In this document: positions 12,951 through 25,324 of the stretch, piece after piece
How the letters are laid out: each line of letters starts with the position of its first letter
Numbering within the stretch: the first letter of the stretch is position 1
Source of the DNA: Camelus ferus
Taxonomy: Eukaryota
DNA length: 64,000 nt
Reading direction: 5' to 3'
Assembly: GCF_009834535.1 (NCBI RefSeq)
Contig: NC_045697.1
Coordinates: 14,696,001 to 14,760,000, forward strand
Program-made: the position numbers and the translations under genes
The notes under the pieces: model-generated
Seen by the model: the letters and a program-made list of their open reading frames with translations, nothing else
Databases searched by the model: none
What the model was told of the DNA's origin: nothing

Positions 12951-13422
12951 AAAAAGGGGCTTTTACATCGATAATGAAGAACTTGCTCTTTATTTCTAAT
13001 AGGGTATTGACACTTCTGGGTAGATGAGGAAACCTATGAACTATCTGCTTTGAAAGAGGCATGCACACCACAATTTCTCATACCATTATGAAGAATTCAT
13101 AGATCCTGAGGCTCATGGATTAGTCTCCATGGAATTCAGGATAAAAATCTGTGGGCTCAGTCAGTGTTTCTCTCACTGCAAACCTTGAGAAGGACCTAAA
13201 TTTAGGATTTCTGCTTTATTTTTTATAATTGATTTTAAAATGTCTCAATAAAATGTCTCATATGTGTGTGATAGCTAACTCTAATTTATATCCTAGTTAG
13301 TATTTGAAGTACCCAAGTTAGGAGTTTAACTTCCAGAGATGGCTACTGCAAATATTAACAATACTTTCAGGATTTCTAGAAATATTTTTCCATTGATAAA
13401 TCAATTTCAAAAAATGTAGTTG

Positions 13423-13790
13423 GATTGACACCACCACATGCTAGTGAGAATATGGAGTAACAAGGAACTTCCTTTTGTCGCTGGTGGAAATACAAAATGG
13501 TCAGCCACTTTGGAAGACAGTCTGGCCATTTCCTACAAAATTAAACATGCTCTTTCCATGTGATCCAGCAGTCATGTTCCCTGGTATTTACCCAAAGGAG
13601 CTGAAGATTTATGTGCACACAAAAACCTGCACACAGATGTATATAGTAGCTTTATTCATAATTGTCAAACCTTGGAAACAACCAAGATGTCCTTCAGTAG
13701 GCGAGCAGATAAACACACCACGGTCCAGCTACACAATGGAATGTTATTCAGTGCTGAAAAGATACGCACTAAAAAGAAATAAAGATACAG
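13423..13790 (+). mobile_element. L1 (L1MC-like) ORF2 C-terminal fragment, decayed
   Basis: ORF 13475-13879 gives QPLWKTVW...PCDPAVMFPGIYPKELKIYVHTKTCTQMYIVALFIIVKPWKQPRCPS, the L1 ORF2p C-terminal signature. Confidence 0.92.
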
Positions 13791-14109
13791 AAGAAATTTT
13801 GGTTTTAAAATTAGAACATTGGTCATTTTCTAGAAAAAATTTAGAACAGTGGAGCAAAAATTTTTGGAATAAGGAGTGATGAAAAACTTACTGAGTGCCT
13901 ATTTTATGCAAAATTCTACTCAAGGTTTTGTTGCAAAAACACATTATATGAGGCAGACTTTCTGAATTTAAACAATTTTGAGTTGAGTTTGAGTTTGAGT
14001 TGAAGATTCCTTAAACAGCCTAAGAAGATATTACAAAAAATACTGTCCAAGAATGGTGAAGATAAAAATAGCTATTAATTATTTATTTGGTCTTTAATTC
14101 ATTTATTCC

Positions 14110-14670
14110 TCTTTTATTTATTTTACCATCCAGTTTATTCACCCTTCCTTTGGTACAATGGTACCAAGTTCTCCTTTTAGGTAAGCACTCTTCCCCTATT
14201 TTCACTGTTAGCTAATAGATGACACCACCATCAACTCTAGGGATGGGCCCAAACTGGGTTAAAAACAATTGATTTAATGTCCCGGTGACGTTAATTGATT
14301 GATGAACGGGGTCGTGGCTCAATTCAGGTCAATGAGAATACGGTTCAGGAATCATGTCAGACGCCTAGGGAATAGTTTTCTTTTTTTGCATCTGGTAGAA
14401 GTTTAGGGTCCAGGACTAAGGCCTTTTGCTGCTACTTGAGGCCAAGCCTAGAAAACCTAGAATAACCAGCGGTCCTCAGTCTGGAAGGCATAGGAAAGAA
14501 GAAGGAAACCGGGACTCAGGTGTGGTATGATGCTGGATTCACCCCTCACCTGAAGCTCACTCTTAGATAATTTCTAAAAGTTTAAAAGTATCTCTAAGCT
14601 TTTCAGGTATATGAGCCAATATCCCTTTACTGTATAAACTGGTATGATCTGAATTTTATTAACTTAACAA
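14110..14670 (+). mobile_element. Old MaLR solo LTR (MLT1K/L-like)
   Basis: ctctagggatggg...ctcaattcaggtcaatgaga...ctggattca...cctgaagc...ttttcaggtatatgagccaata. Confidence 0.65.
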
Positions 14671-16029
14671 TTTAATAAAATTTTGTAAATTTTTTAAAGT
14701 CTTCGGTAGCTTATAAAAAAGGTAGAGACTCAAGTTCGTGAAGGCAAAGAATGGGCTAAATCTAGAAGGATCGAAATCAGAAACAAAGGCCCTTCAGACA
14801 GCTTGGGCTTTTAGATAATACAATGCTCACTGCTCTATGCTCTAGAAGCCTGCCCCCTAGACTCCAGTTGACACTGAGGTCACCCACTCCTGCATTAGAG
14901 CTCATTGTTCAAATGTTTCTTTTTTTCACTAGATTGTAAATGAACCCTCCAGCCTGCCGCTCATCACTTGTGTAATGCCGGTCACATAGTAAATAGCTGT
15001 AACATTACACTGACTTCTTGAGCAGCAGGGAGAGATGTGGTGAGGGCCTCATCTGGCAGATTATTTTGGCCGCAGCGGGTTGAAAGACTGGAATGGGATA
15101 AGGAGGAATGGAGAGGGAGGCCAATTAGGAATGCATCTCAGTATTCCAAGGCAGAACGTGTAAGAGCTCAGAGAAGTAAATTAGCAAAATGTTAAGATCT
15201 AAATCTAGACAGCCACATGAATAAAATGGACATGGCCTCACAGACAAAATGTTCATACAGAATTTCTTTATCCTGTTCTCTTTTATTCATATGAAGTTCT
15301 TAAAACCGTTGCCCATGGAAACATTCAGTGGAAAGCTGACAAGCATTTGGAGGCATCTATCAGATCAAGCATTGATCAAAGAGCCTGTTTCCTTTTTCTA
15401 CTGAGTCAATTATTCTAAATATAGACTGCACAGGTCTCTTAAAGCAACAGAAGTGAATAGAACTGGATTCCAGGAAGGCAGTGTTCTTCCCATACCCAAA
15501 ATATAAGCAAGCTTGAAATTAAAAATAGTATAATTTGAAAAAGCTAAATGTTTAAAACACCTCAAGTATTTTCCAATTTCTGTTGTATTTTAGAGTGTTG
15601 ACTTTCCACTTTCTCTCATGGTAGCATGATGTTGGGTATAAAGAGGAATTCACAATCTAAGGAAAAAGCACTGGTTGAAAAAAAAAAAAAACTTTGATGC
15701 ATTTGAATGAGAAAGACTGTCTCCTAGAACAAACTTTGGAAACAGGTCCGCTATCCATTTTCACAACTGAGTAAGGAAATTTTCTACAGATTCAATCTTA
15801 AAGGGCAACATACATCCCACCCCTTTTATAAAATAAAGTTTCTTCCATCTTTCTAATTTAAAGGTAATATTCCATCATTTAAAAATTTTTGGAAAATTAA
15901 GATATAACACGGAAAGAAGGATGGAATCACCCATGATTTAATCTCTTAACTTTACTATAGATACTATTTAAAAATTATTTCGAGTATTATTTATATGAAC
16001 ATCCTACGTAAATTTTTTCATCTTTGTGG

Positions 16030-16272
16030 TTTTTGCTTAAATGCCACTTCCTTAGACAAATCTTCCTTGGCCTATAATTTGTAATTTTGTCTCTTCCCTG
16101 TCTCCTCTATTCTTTTCCATAGCGCACAGTTCTTTGCTTTGTGATTGTGTATATTTTGATACCAGTATTGCACGTGAGGTCAGGATACTGGTTGTCTTCT
16201 TCAGTATCACATGCTCAACATGAGGCAAGTCCTTGGCATATAACACACACTCAGGATAAATATTTGTGGAAA
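16030..16272 (+). mobile_element. L2 3'-end fragment
   Basis: gcttaaatgccacttcctt...tgaggtcaggatac...ccttggcatataa...taaatatttgtggaaatg. Confidence 0.75.
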
Positions 16273-16282
16273 TGTTTTCAGG

Positions 16283-16936
16283 TACTGTGGTGCAGTGGTT
16301 TGTGGCAGCGTGTTCTACAGCCAGGCTTGGGCTAGAACCCTGCTGAGGACGGCAGAACACTGTATGTTACTTTACACAGTAAAAAGAAACTCACAGGTAG
16401 GGCTAAACTAGGTACATTGAGATGGAAAATTATCCCAGATTATCCCGTGGACCCAATGGAATAACAAAGGTTAAAGTCCTCATAAGAAGGATGCAAGAGG
16501 GTCAAAGTGAGCAAGAGAGGATGTGATGACAAGCTGAGAGAGAGAAAGAGAAGGAAGATGCTATGCTACCGGCCTCTAGAATCTAGAAAAGACAAGGAAA
16601 CATTCTCCCTGGAGCCTCCAGAAGGAACCAGCCCTGCCAACCCATTTTAGACCCCTGACCTCCAGAACTCTGTATAAGAGACTAAATTTCTGTTGCTTTA
16701 AGTCACTCTGTTCATGGCCATTTGTTCCAGCAGCTGTGGGAAACTCGCCTGCCCGCTGTGCATGTGAAGTCTCAGGCAAGTTAGTCATCAACTGGCCCTA
16801 TGCCTCACTTTCCTTGCCTGTAAAATGGAAAACAAAGCAGTACCTGCCTCACAGCATAGTTTAAATCTGTAAATACATACAAAACATGTAGAGCAGTGCT
16901 TGGAATGTCCCATGGTTTCAATAAATATTAACTGTT
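16283..16936 (+). mobile_element. MIR split by an MLT1D LTR (MIR parts 16283-16343 and 16748-16936)
   Basis: MIR head gtggtgcagtggtt...; MIR core/tail ggcaagtta...tgcctcactttccttgcctgtaaaatgg...caataaatatta. Confidence 0.8.
16344..16747 (+). mobile_element. MLT1D-like MaLR solo LTR with 5-bp TSD CCTGC
   Basis: gagatggaaaattatcccagattatcc...ctccctggagcctccagaaggaacc...ctgacctccagaact...aaatttctgttgctttaagtcact; cctgc at 16339-43 and 16748-52. Confidence 0.9.
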
Positions 16937-17293
16937 GGTAAAGGACAAATGACCAAGCAAATGCAATGAGTATTAATGATCCCTTTCTTATTCTTCAATT
17001 TGCAAATGCAATCTACTGGTGATACATTTCCCAAAATGACTTAGTCGACCAAAATCTGGTATGAGTGTGTGTCTCTTTCTTTGTATAACAATCTTCAGTT
17101 TGACTGTCTGGTTAGCTTATCTGCTGGGAGGAGGGACAGTCCTCAGTCATCTTTAGTCTCTGATTTATCTTTAGGTGCCCCATATCTACATCTGGTCTCT
17201 CTCTCGCTCTCGCTCTGACTTGACCACCAGTTGTCTTGTCCTCAGTTTTAAAGATCTTCCAAGTGCTTTAAGGTGATCCTTCATAATTGTTCA

Positions 17294-17685
17294 TGTCTTA
17301 GTCTGGGCTGCTATAACCAAATACCATACATCGGGTGGATTAATCAAAAGAAATTTATTTCTAACAGTCCTGGAGGTTAGGAAGTCCAAGATCAAGGAAC
17401 AGAAAGATTGAGTGTCTGGTAAGAGCTTGCTTCCTGTACATCGCCACCTTCTTGCTGTGGCTCACGTGACCTGTTTTTGGTGCTTGCAGGAAGAGAGAGG
17501 GAGGCATCTCATGCCTCCTCTTTTTATAAGGACATTAATCCCGCCATGAGGATCCTGTCCTCACAATTTAATCTAAACCCAATTACCTTCCCAGAGCACC
17601 ACTTCCAAATACCATTCCAATGAGTGCGAGCTAGGGCCTTATGTATGCATTTGGTGGGGATACGAACAACACTCAGCACGTGACA
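17294..17685 (-). mobile_element. MLT1A-like MaLR solo LTR
   Basis: tgtcttagtctgggctgctataac...aaatttatttctaacagtcctggagg...gaagtccaagatcaagg...tataaggacattaatccc; TG...CA ends. Confidence 0.9.
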
Positions 17686-17918
17686 TTTTTCCTCTGTATC
17701 CTGACTCCAGAGGCTACTGATGCCCTGTATCTACCTCAGGTTATCAGGTTTCCACATTAGCATCTCAGTTTTCACTTGTAGTGGGGCTCTGGCTCTCAGC
17801 CCAGTATAATAAAACTGTAATAGGGAAGATCTTTTCAATATCATTGTAGTTAAGCACAGGATTTAGAGGTTGTCTTGTGTTTGGGTTCTGGCTCTGTAGC
17901 TTCTTTTTATCCATAGGG

Positions 17919-18050
17919 AGAATGACCTTATGCCCCACTTTACCTGGGACAGCCCTGATTTGTAACTATTGGCCCAGAATAATTACTAATAATGCCCTCC
18001 TTTACTCCTGAAAGCATCCTGGTTTGTACAGTAAATTATATGATCACTCT
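17919..18050 (+). mobile_element. MER94-like hAT-Blackjack MITE nested in a + strand MIR (about 17845-18190)
   Basis: agaatgacc...cctgggacagccc...taattactaataatgcc...aaattatatgatcactct; about 132 bp with decayed TIRs. Confidence 0.8.
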
Positions 18051-19054
18051 GTCCTCTACTTTGGACTTCTGATGAGTCAGTATGTCTGAGGGTTTATTCC
18101 TCATCTCTAAAATGCAACAACACTCTCCCTCTCATGGATGCTGGAGGGAGCAAGTAACATGAACAATGATCTTGGGATACAGTCGATGCTCACTCTGGGT
18201 TAGTTTCCTTCCTTTTCAATCATGACTGAGCACCTTAAAACCAAGACAAGAAATGCAATCACACTGGGGTCCACTGATTAATTATATTTGGAAGAAGGTA
18301 TTTAAAAGTAGTATTTTGCTGGAGATGGAGACACAGGCTTAGTCAGCCTGCCAATGGCCTAAAGCTGGGAAGGACCACCAAAGTCATAAAAACCTCAGAA
18401 ACGGAAAAGATCTTACTCATCATCAAGTCTGATCTCCCCCGTCAAATACTGAAACCTCCTTGCAACACCCCTGGCAGGACCATATGTTAATTATTAATAT
18501 CAGTTGTTAATATTTATAGAGTGCATACATTGTCCAGAACATCATGCCAACAGCCTTGGACTTATTACCTTAAATTACCTTTATAAGAACTCTAGAAGGT
18601 AAGTACTATGAACGTCACCGTGAAGGTGAGATTTGCAAGTTCATATAGTCAGAAACCAGTCTCTTGTCTCCTAATGACCTTTCAGTGGCCACATGGGATT
18701 TTGGTGAAACCACTGAAAACCTAAAATTTATATTTTGGGAGCAGAGAGTTCAAAATGCCCTTAAAATTTTTAGATAATTTACAGGAGTTTCTTCATTGTA
18801 AAGACTGCTATATTTTTATGGACTTTATTCTGCAAATCTTAATTCCTATTTGTAAGTAGTTCTTAATCACCACGGACTGCTACGATACCTTGAAACACAG
18901 AGAGGTCCTCTGTACTTACTGGGCAATGACAAAAATCACACATTAGATTTTTTTTTTCCCAGAGCAAACAATTGGTTTTAAGGTCTGGGAGAATTTTTTT
19001 TTAATTAACCAATGAATAATCCATATGCAATGACTGAACAGTTGACAGAGAAGC

Positions 19055-19230
19055 ACTGAAGTGAAGTGGAAAGTGTTCAGAGTTTGGCAGAGAGAAAAAC
19101 TTCATGCTTGTTGATCTGAATAGTTCGTTATGTGAGCTTGAACTAATTATTTTACTACTTTGTGACTTAGTTACCCTTCTGTAAAATGGAAGCTTGGCTA
19201 GATTGTCACTAACATCCTTTCAAGTTGGCC
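19055..19230 (+). mobile_element. MIR3-like SINE
   Basis: tatgtgagcttg...ctgtaaaatggaagcttggctagattgtcactaacatcctttcaag. Confidence 0.6.
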
Positions 19231-20188
19231 AGACCCTTTGGTTGAACCAGATTCTCTGAAATATGGCCTAGATTCCATGCAAATCGTCACTTTGGCAACA
19301 CAGCCTGGTGCTTAGAAAGAGCTCAGGGCATTCAGGAGAATTCAGTTTTATATTTCACAGATGGAAACTAATTGAAATTCTGTGGGTAGATCAAGTGTAA
19401 CAACAGAAGCTTGCACAGGCCTGTAGCAGACCCTTAGCCCAGAACAGTTTCAGTCTGTCAACAGCACTGAGCATCTTGCAGTGAAATCAGTAATCATCTG
19501 TCTTTCTTAGGGAAAGTCATCACCGAGAACACTTTTGTTGGGTCAAGGGCACCAAGTTGCTTATTTGGGGATGGATCATGCTCAGGACCTTGGTAACTGG
19601 AATCACTTTCCCAATTCTTCGCTAATAGATATTTAACTTGGTCCAGAGCAGAAGCAATAGTTTCTTCTAAGGAAGTGTGTTCATCAGTCACAGCTCACTG
19701 TGCCCTGACATTTTCAAGACAGTTCCAGTTTTAGCTTCTCCTCTCTGTCCCCTTCTTGAGCCCATTCTTCTCTAAGGGTTTCTTCCCCAACGTTTGAAAC
19801 ATACAACTGGTCTACCTTTTCTAGCTCCCTTTCACTGCTCTTTTCTCTTCTGTGGCATCTTATGAGATTGTCTCTCACCTGCTTATGCTTACATATTTGG
19901 GTTTATCCACACTTGTGTCTAAAACTGACGCTTAAGTTCCAGTTCTATGACTTCTACCCCAAACAGTCAACTTGAAACTACTCTCTCAACAGTCAAAAAT
20001 GACCAACCAGTTATCAAGATCAATTCCATTCTAATTATTTATTGATTGCATGTGTTATGCTCTGACTCATGCTTGAAGCTGAGGATTCCAACACATCCTT
20101 CCATCTACTCCATAGAATTCACAAGCTCCTGGAGGAATAGACAGATAAATTATGCTTTACTTCAGTGAAACTTACTGGTTTTACAGAA

Positions 20189-20429
20189 CAGAGCTTCTCA
20201 AATCATCTGTGGTGAAGGATTAATTTGTTTTGTTTTGTTGTTTTCCCAATCCATGTACACAGACACATTTGTAACATACAACATAGTACTTATGGATGTT
20301 GTGACAATATCAATTTGCCACCATAGTTTCTAAATGCTTACGCTCAATTCCTGCATTTTATCCTTGCAAATGGGCAGCTAACAGTTTGCAAACAGTCCTC
20401 TCCTGCAGACTATAATATGAGTAGCACTT
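20189..20429 (-). mobile_element. hAT-Charlie DNA transposon (Charlie4-like, internally deleted)
   Basis: Ends cagagcttctcaaa ... tgagtagcact (TIR-like); internal tctgtggtgaagga and gtttctaaatgcttacgctcaatt. Confidence 0.7.
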
Positions 20430-21109
20430 AGTTTAAAAAGCTAAAATAAAACGCCATTAGAACACAAATAAGTGTGCAGCTCCTACTGGCTGAGGCGCAG
20501 AGAGTGGCCTCATGGAATCACACTGGGATTGACTATTTAGTTCTCTTCTTCCTCCATCTTTGCATCTTTGGAGGCCAACAACTACCTCCATCTTACAGGT
20601 TGTTTTCCTTCACTTCCATCAGATTGCACTAGATCTGTTCACCTCCACTCTTCAGAATCACACTTCTGTTCTTTCATTTCTCATTTTTCCTCCTGCCCCT
20701 TACCCAGTAACAGACTGCTCCTCATCAGTGTGCTCTCCTTCTGCTCTCCATCGGCCCCTTCACATGCTTCTTCAGCACCTGTCTTGACTGGGCAGTCAGG
20801 GCTCACCATGCAAAGGCAGACAGAGCTCTGAACACACCTTTCTTCTGTTTCGTTTCTATAATGTCTCCTCTTGCTGCTGCAGCTCAAGGCCTTTGTGATC
20901 TAATTCCCATCTATCCGGTTGTTTTCATCACAAATATCTAATCATGTTTGCAATCCTGCACCAAAGCTGAATTATTTACTGTTTTTCAGTGGATCCTAGA
21001 ATCATACATCTTCATGCCTTCAATCATGCTTTTTCTCCCCTTCTGTCTTACGAGTGCTCCCCACTTTTCACTTCTCCCCAGCAGCCCTGCCTGCCCCAGC
21101 AGACCTCTC

Positions 21110-21111
21110 CA

Positions 21112-21175
<64 letters not shown>
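21110..21175 (+). repeat. (CA)n microsatellite with 28 uninterrupted AC units (21119-21174)
   Basis: Directly visible; explains the HT/CV repeat ORFs in the track. Confidence 0.98.
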
Positions 21176-21177
<2 letters not shown>

Positions 21178-21439
21178 TGCTAGTCCTCAGTGCTGAGCTT
21201 GAATGCTACGCCTGTCATGACATCTCCAGAGGCTATGCCACAGCTGGAATCTGCTCATTTCTCAGTGTAGTCCACTTTGCCTCTCTTCTGGCACTGGAGA
21301 CTATCTGCCTCAAAATATGGCAATTTGTAGGCACATCACCCATCACCCATGCACTCTCTGAGGTCAGAATTGACGTTTTGTTTGCTCTCCAGTAGGCACC
21401 TACCACTGTGCCTTGGTTTGCCCCTTTGTAAATTATGTA

Positions 21440-21800
21440 CTTATTCATTTACTTACACAGAATTTTCTGAATGTATTATGTGCTGCTCATATTGTCCCAG
21501 CCTTCCATGAACTCAGAGTTTATTGGGGGGAAGCAGATATAATAACAAGGAAGTACCAAGCTTGGTAAGTACGAAGAGTGTCCTGCACTGAGCAATACAG
21601 AAGATAGAGAGGATGTCTAGCTCAGAGTAAAGGTAAGCACAGTGTTCAGGGAGTCATTCTTCAGGAAGTGCCAACCGAGATGCGAATAAAAAGATAAGTA
21701 ATCCAAGGGCAGCGTGCAGGAGGAGGACCAGAGCAAAGTGTCCAGGCTGAGCGGACAGCCTGGACAAAGGTTCCAAGGCAGGAAACAGCTGCATGTTATA
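21440..21800 (-). mobile_element. L2 fragment
   Basis: ttattcatttac...ccttccatgaactcagagttta...gttcagggagtcattcttcaggaagtg...ttccaaggcaggaaacagc. Confidence 0.65.
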
Positions 21801-22201
21801 CACAGGAAGTACAGGCAGGTCAAACAGATAGAGAACAAAGTGGGAGGGAGACGAGTGGCTACTCAGGAAGGGGGAACACATAATTTACAAATGGAAAGAG
21901 GCAAAATGCTTTTTGTAAACAAATAAAACAGTTTGATAAGCAAACATAAACACTAACAATATTAAAGAGTAAATGAGGACTGATCTATAATGCTAACATG
22001 CAAAAGGCCAACATCGGCCCTGGTACTTTGCACCTTTATGCCTGGTTTTTGATTCTGCTCCCTGACACAGCTCTGAGAGTCTTAACTGTGGCTTCCTCTC
22101 TGAGATGTCTTTGTATACTCACAGGAAGCTATAGACTACTTATTGTGTATGGTTAAGAGTCACTTAGCCAACAATTATTTCAAATAAAGCAGTCTAACCG
22201 C

Positions 22202-22651
22202 TGTACTGGGCTGAATTGCAACCCCTCCCCCAATTCATGTCCATCTGGCAGAATGTGAGCTTATTTGGACGCAGGGTCTTTGCAGATGACGTTAGTTAAG
22301 ATAAGCTCATGTTCGACTGCAGTGGGCCCCAAATCCATCTGGTGTCCTTACAAGGAGAAGATTTGAAGACAGAGAGATGGACACAAGAGAGAGAAGGGGG
22401 CCATGTAAGGATGGGGGGAGAAAGCGGGGCAAAGCAGCAGCAAGTCCAGAAATGCCAAGGAGTTCCAGCAACCGCCAGAAGCTTGGAAGCCATGGGAGGA
22501 CTCTCCCCTGGGGCCCTCAGAGAGACCACGACCCTGCTGACATCTTGATTTCAGACTTCTAGCTTCCAGAACTGTGAAAGAATGTATTTTTATATTGTTA
22601 GGCCACGCAGTTTGTGGTAATTTGTTACAAAAGCCTTGGGAAACTAATATA
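22202..22651 (+). mobile_element. MLT1C-like MaLR solo LTR
   Basis: tgtactgggctgaattg...agggtctttgcagatg...ttgatttcagacttctagcttccagaactgtga...gtttgtggtaatttgttac...gaaactaata. Confidence 0.92.
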
Positions 22652-23089
22652 ACAACTTAACTAGATCAGGCACAGACACCCTGTTTCTCAATTTGGCCTG
22701 ATAATCTCAGAAGCATCTTCCCCCTTCCTGTCCTACACAACTTCATTTCCACAGAGTGCTCTGCAGAAGCTCGCAAATTGGAAGCATGACCAGATTCTCT
22801 CAAAGGCTGATGAATTTACTCTTGTTCTCTTAATGCACTAAAATTAGGTAAATGAATCTCATTTAAACTTAAATAAATTTGAGCTTCATCACATTTTCCA
22901 AATACAAAACTCTTACAGTCTTTGTATAGATATATCTTCCTCACATAAGGTTGTTTCAGGTTCAGTGCATATTTGTTAAATTTTGCCCAAAGTGCTATTT
23001 CCCAAGGCCTATTGCCTAACTAATCAAGAAATATTACTTATGTAGCAAAAATATCCGAGTCTGCAAATATATCTGGTATCCGTTTTACT

Positions 23090-23740
23090 AGTGTATCAAC
23101 TTTGATAAAGATGAAGGTTCTGAGGTTCCGACATCTTGGAAGTATGCCTCAGTACTGAGTTGGCTCTTTTGGTAAAAAACAGATTGTTATCACTCCTCTC
23201 TCTGATAGTGAAAGGAAGCCACTGAGCTCTCCTCGCAGGGCTAACCACACACATTACAGGAGGATCCAAGGTGATTACACCTCTCTTCAGAGGTTTCTGC
23301 CCACTCTTGAGAATACCACTTTAGTATTCATCTCATTCGACAAAGATGGGAAACCATTTGTCAGGAGGTGAGGGGACGGGCGGCACGGCACTTGGAGCTG
23401 CAATAACACCGATAATTCGTGGATGCTAGGCCTATTTATCTCTTACTTTCAAACCTTGAGCACAGAGGCCTGACTTTCCCGACCGTGGTCAATGTCAAGA
23501 CACAGATAAGCACACGCACTCAATCAGAGGAAGGAGGGAAGCTGCCTGATAGACAAGGGCACACATAAAGAATATGAGCAGGTTAATAACGCTTTCCTCA
23601 ATGACGTGAAACTATCTGTTCTTTACCCCAATGCCTGTGCTTGACAAAGGGGCCTTGATTCACCGCTGCTGATAAATTGCTGGGTAGAATGAATACCTCT
23701 GTGATCAGACCCTGTCATCTGCTGGAGATACTGTTTCTGT
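23090..23740. promoter_or_regulatory. Candidate GATA-rich enhancer
   Basis: 8 WGATAR sites in 23103-23675, plus RUNX, ETS, CRE-like and HNF1 half-site motifs and locally retained CpGs, in repeat-free sequence. Confidence 0.4.
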
Positions 23741-24124
23741 ACTTGCCCCTGGTAAGCACAGGTACAAATTCCCCTGCAAAGGCTTTAATCTCAGGGGTGT
23801 GAAGCATCAATGTTTCTCTGAAGAAAGTGCTGTGGACACAGAAGAGCAATGTGACAGGGTTGTTGAATTATAAAGTTGGACTTATGCATAATGATTCAAT
23901 GAAGTCATCATATTTTAACCTATTTATCAAATAGTTCTTTATCAATGACTACATGATAGATAAGGAAGGAAGGAACTGAATAAAAAGAATTGGATAACAA
24001 TTGGTTATAACTATTGGCTTCTGGGAATGTCTAATAGGCAAAACATATACAAACCTAAGAATTACTTCTTATATATCATTCAATAGCTTTTATACCTATT
24101 AACTATAATTGAAATATAACTTAT

Positions 24125-24830
24125 TAAATAAATTATTATTGAGAACCTACTACATGTTAGGCACTGCTGTAGATCTGGAGTTTAATTCATTGCTGATGGA
24201 ACAGTAGAATAGTATCATTCACTCATTCAATCATTCATTCATTTATATATTCACTCATTCATATATTCACTCCAAAGCATTCTTATGAGTACACATCCTC
24301 TGCAAAGCATTATGTTAAGAGTTATTCCTTGTCTTCATGGAAACTCTGTCAAGTCCAGTGCAGAAATTTGGAAAGAAAATAATTGCTTAAAATGCAACAT
24401 GATATATATGTATATTTATAAAAAATACATGAGGTTTGGTCATAGAGATAAAGAGGTGTTTAGCTTGGGAGGAATGTAGGAATGAGTAAAAGGGGCAGGT
24501 GAGGTAGACAGAGTTCACTGAGAAGTTGGAATTTGAAAGATGATTGGTTAGAAATTTGCTAAAGAACACTGAAGACAAAAGACATCCAGTGAGAAGGGCA
24601 AAATGTATGCTGTTAAACAGAAAAAGGAAAGAGAAAATTGCAGCAGTCTGATATCACTGATAGGAACTTATGAGCCAAACAGGTGTGGAAAACAGAAACA
24701 GAGAGAGAGAGAGACAAGAGTCAAGTTAATTGAAGACTGAAAAGTGTCCACTGAGTCTGGGATTTAGAAGGTCGCTGGTGACACGAGAAAAAGCGGTTTC
24801 AGTGGACTGGGGACAACACAGCTGGGTCAT
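24125..24830 (-). mobile_element. L2 fragments with (CATT)n tail
   Basis: tattgagaacctactacatgttaggcactg; tcattcactcattcaatcattcattc; gactgaaaagtgtccactg...gaggtc-like...gtttcagtgga. Confidence 0.75.
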
Positions 24831-25324
24831 AATTAGTCATAAGACTGTACGTCCCAGGAGGTCAGGGCTTAACTCTTCATGTCTGAACATAGATGGTGCC
24901 CAGTAAATATTTCCTAACTATTGAATGGATACATTCATCACATTTTAATGTAAATACAAGAAAAGAGAGAGTACAAGGCTTCAGGAGAGAGGGTCATGAT
25001 CTGAGAGAGACTCATAAGTATATTTATAGATTCATTGTCAGGGAAGTAGAGACTCAGGATTCAGAAGAGAGAGAGGTTAATACCAGAGAACAAGAGCCCA
25101 GGAGAGGTGTGGGCAGTCGGGGAGGGAGATGGGAAGGGAAGAAATCAGAACCACTGGAGAGGAATGAGCCTTGAAGCAGAAAGAACATACTGCTTCTTAG
25201 GTCAGTCAGTTGATCAGGAAACGTGTATGGAACACCTTCTATGTTCTGGGGACTGTAAGATTCCCTACAGAGTTTCAGAGACGTATCCAGAATCATCCTA
25301 CCTCTTGTCAACATTCTTTCATCT

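Noticed and set aside
10887..13260. Small tandem duplications (ttgtaagagat x2 at 10887-10909; taaaatgtctca x2 at 13236-13260; also a 21-bp one at 46210-46252)
   Set aside because: These are ordinary slippage duplications with two copies only; they are not CRISPR-like arrays and carry no evident motif.
19494..19691. Protein-like - strand ORF (…SLEETIASALDQVKYLLAKNWE…) and an overlapping + strand 82-nt AG/GT cassette
   Set aside because: No recognisable homology, a GTG start and weak splice signals.
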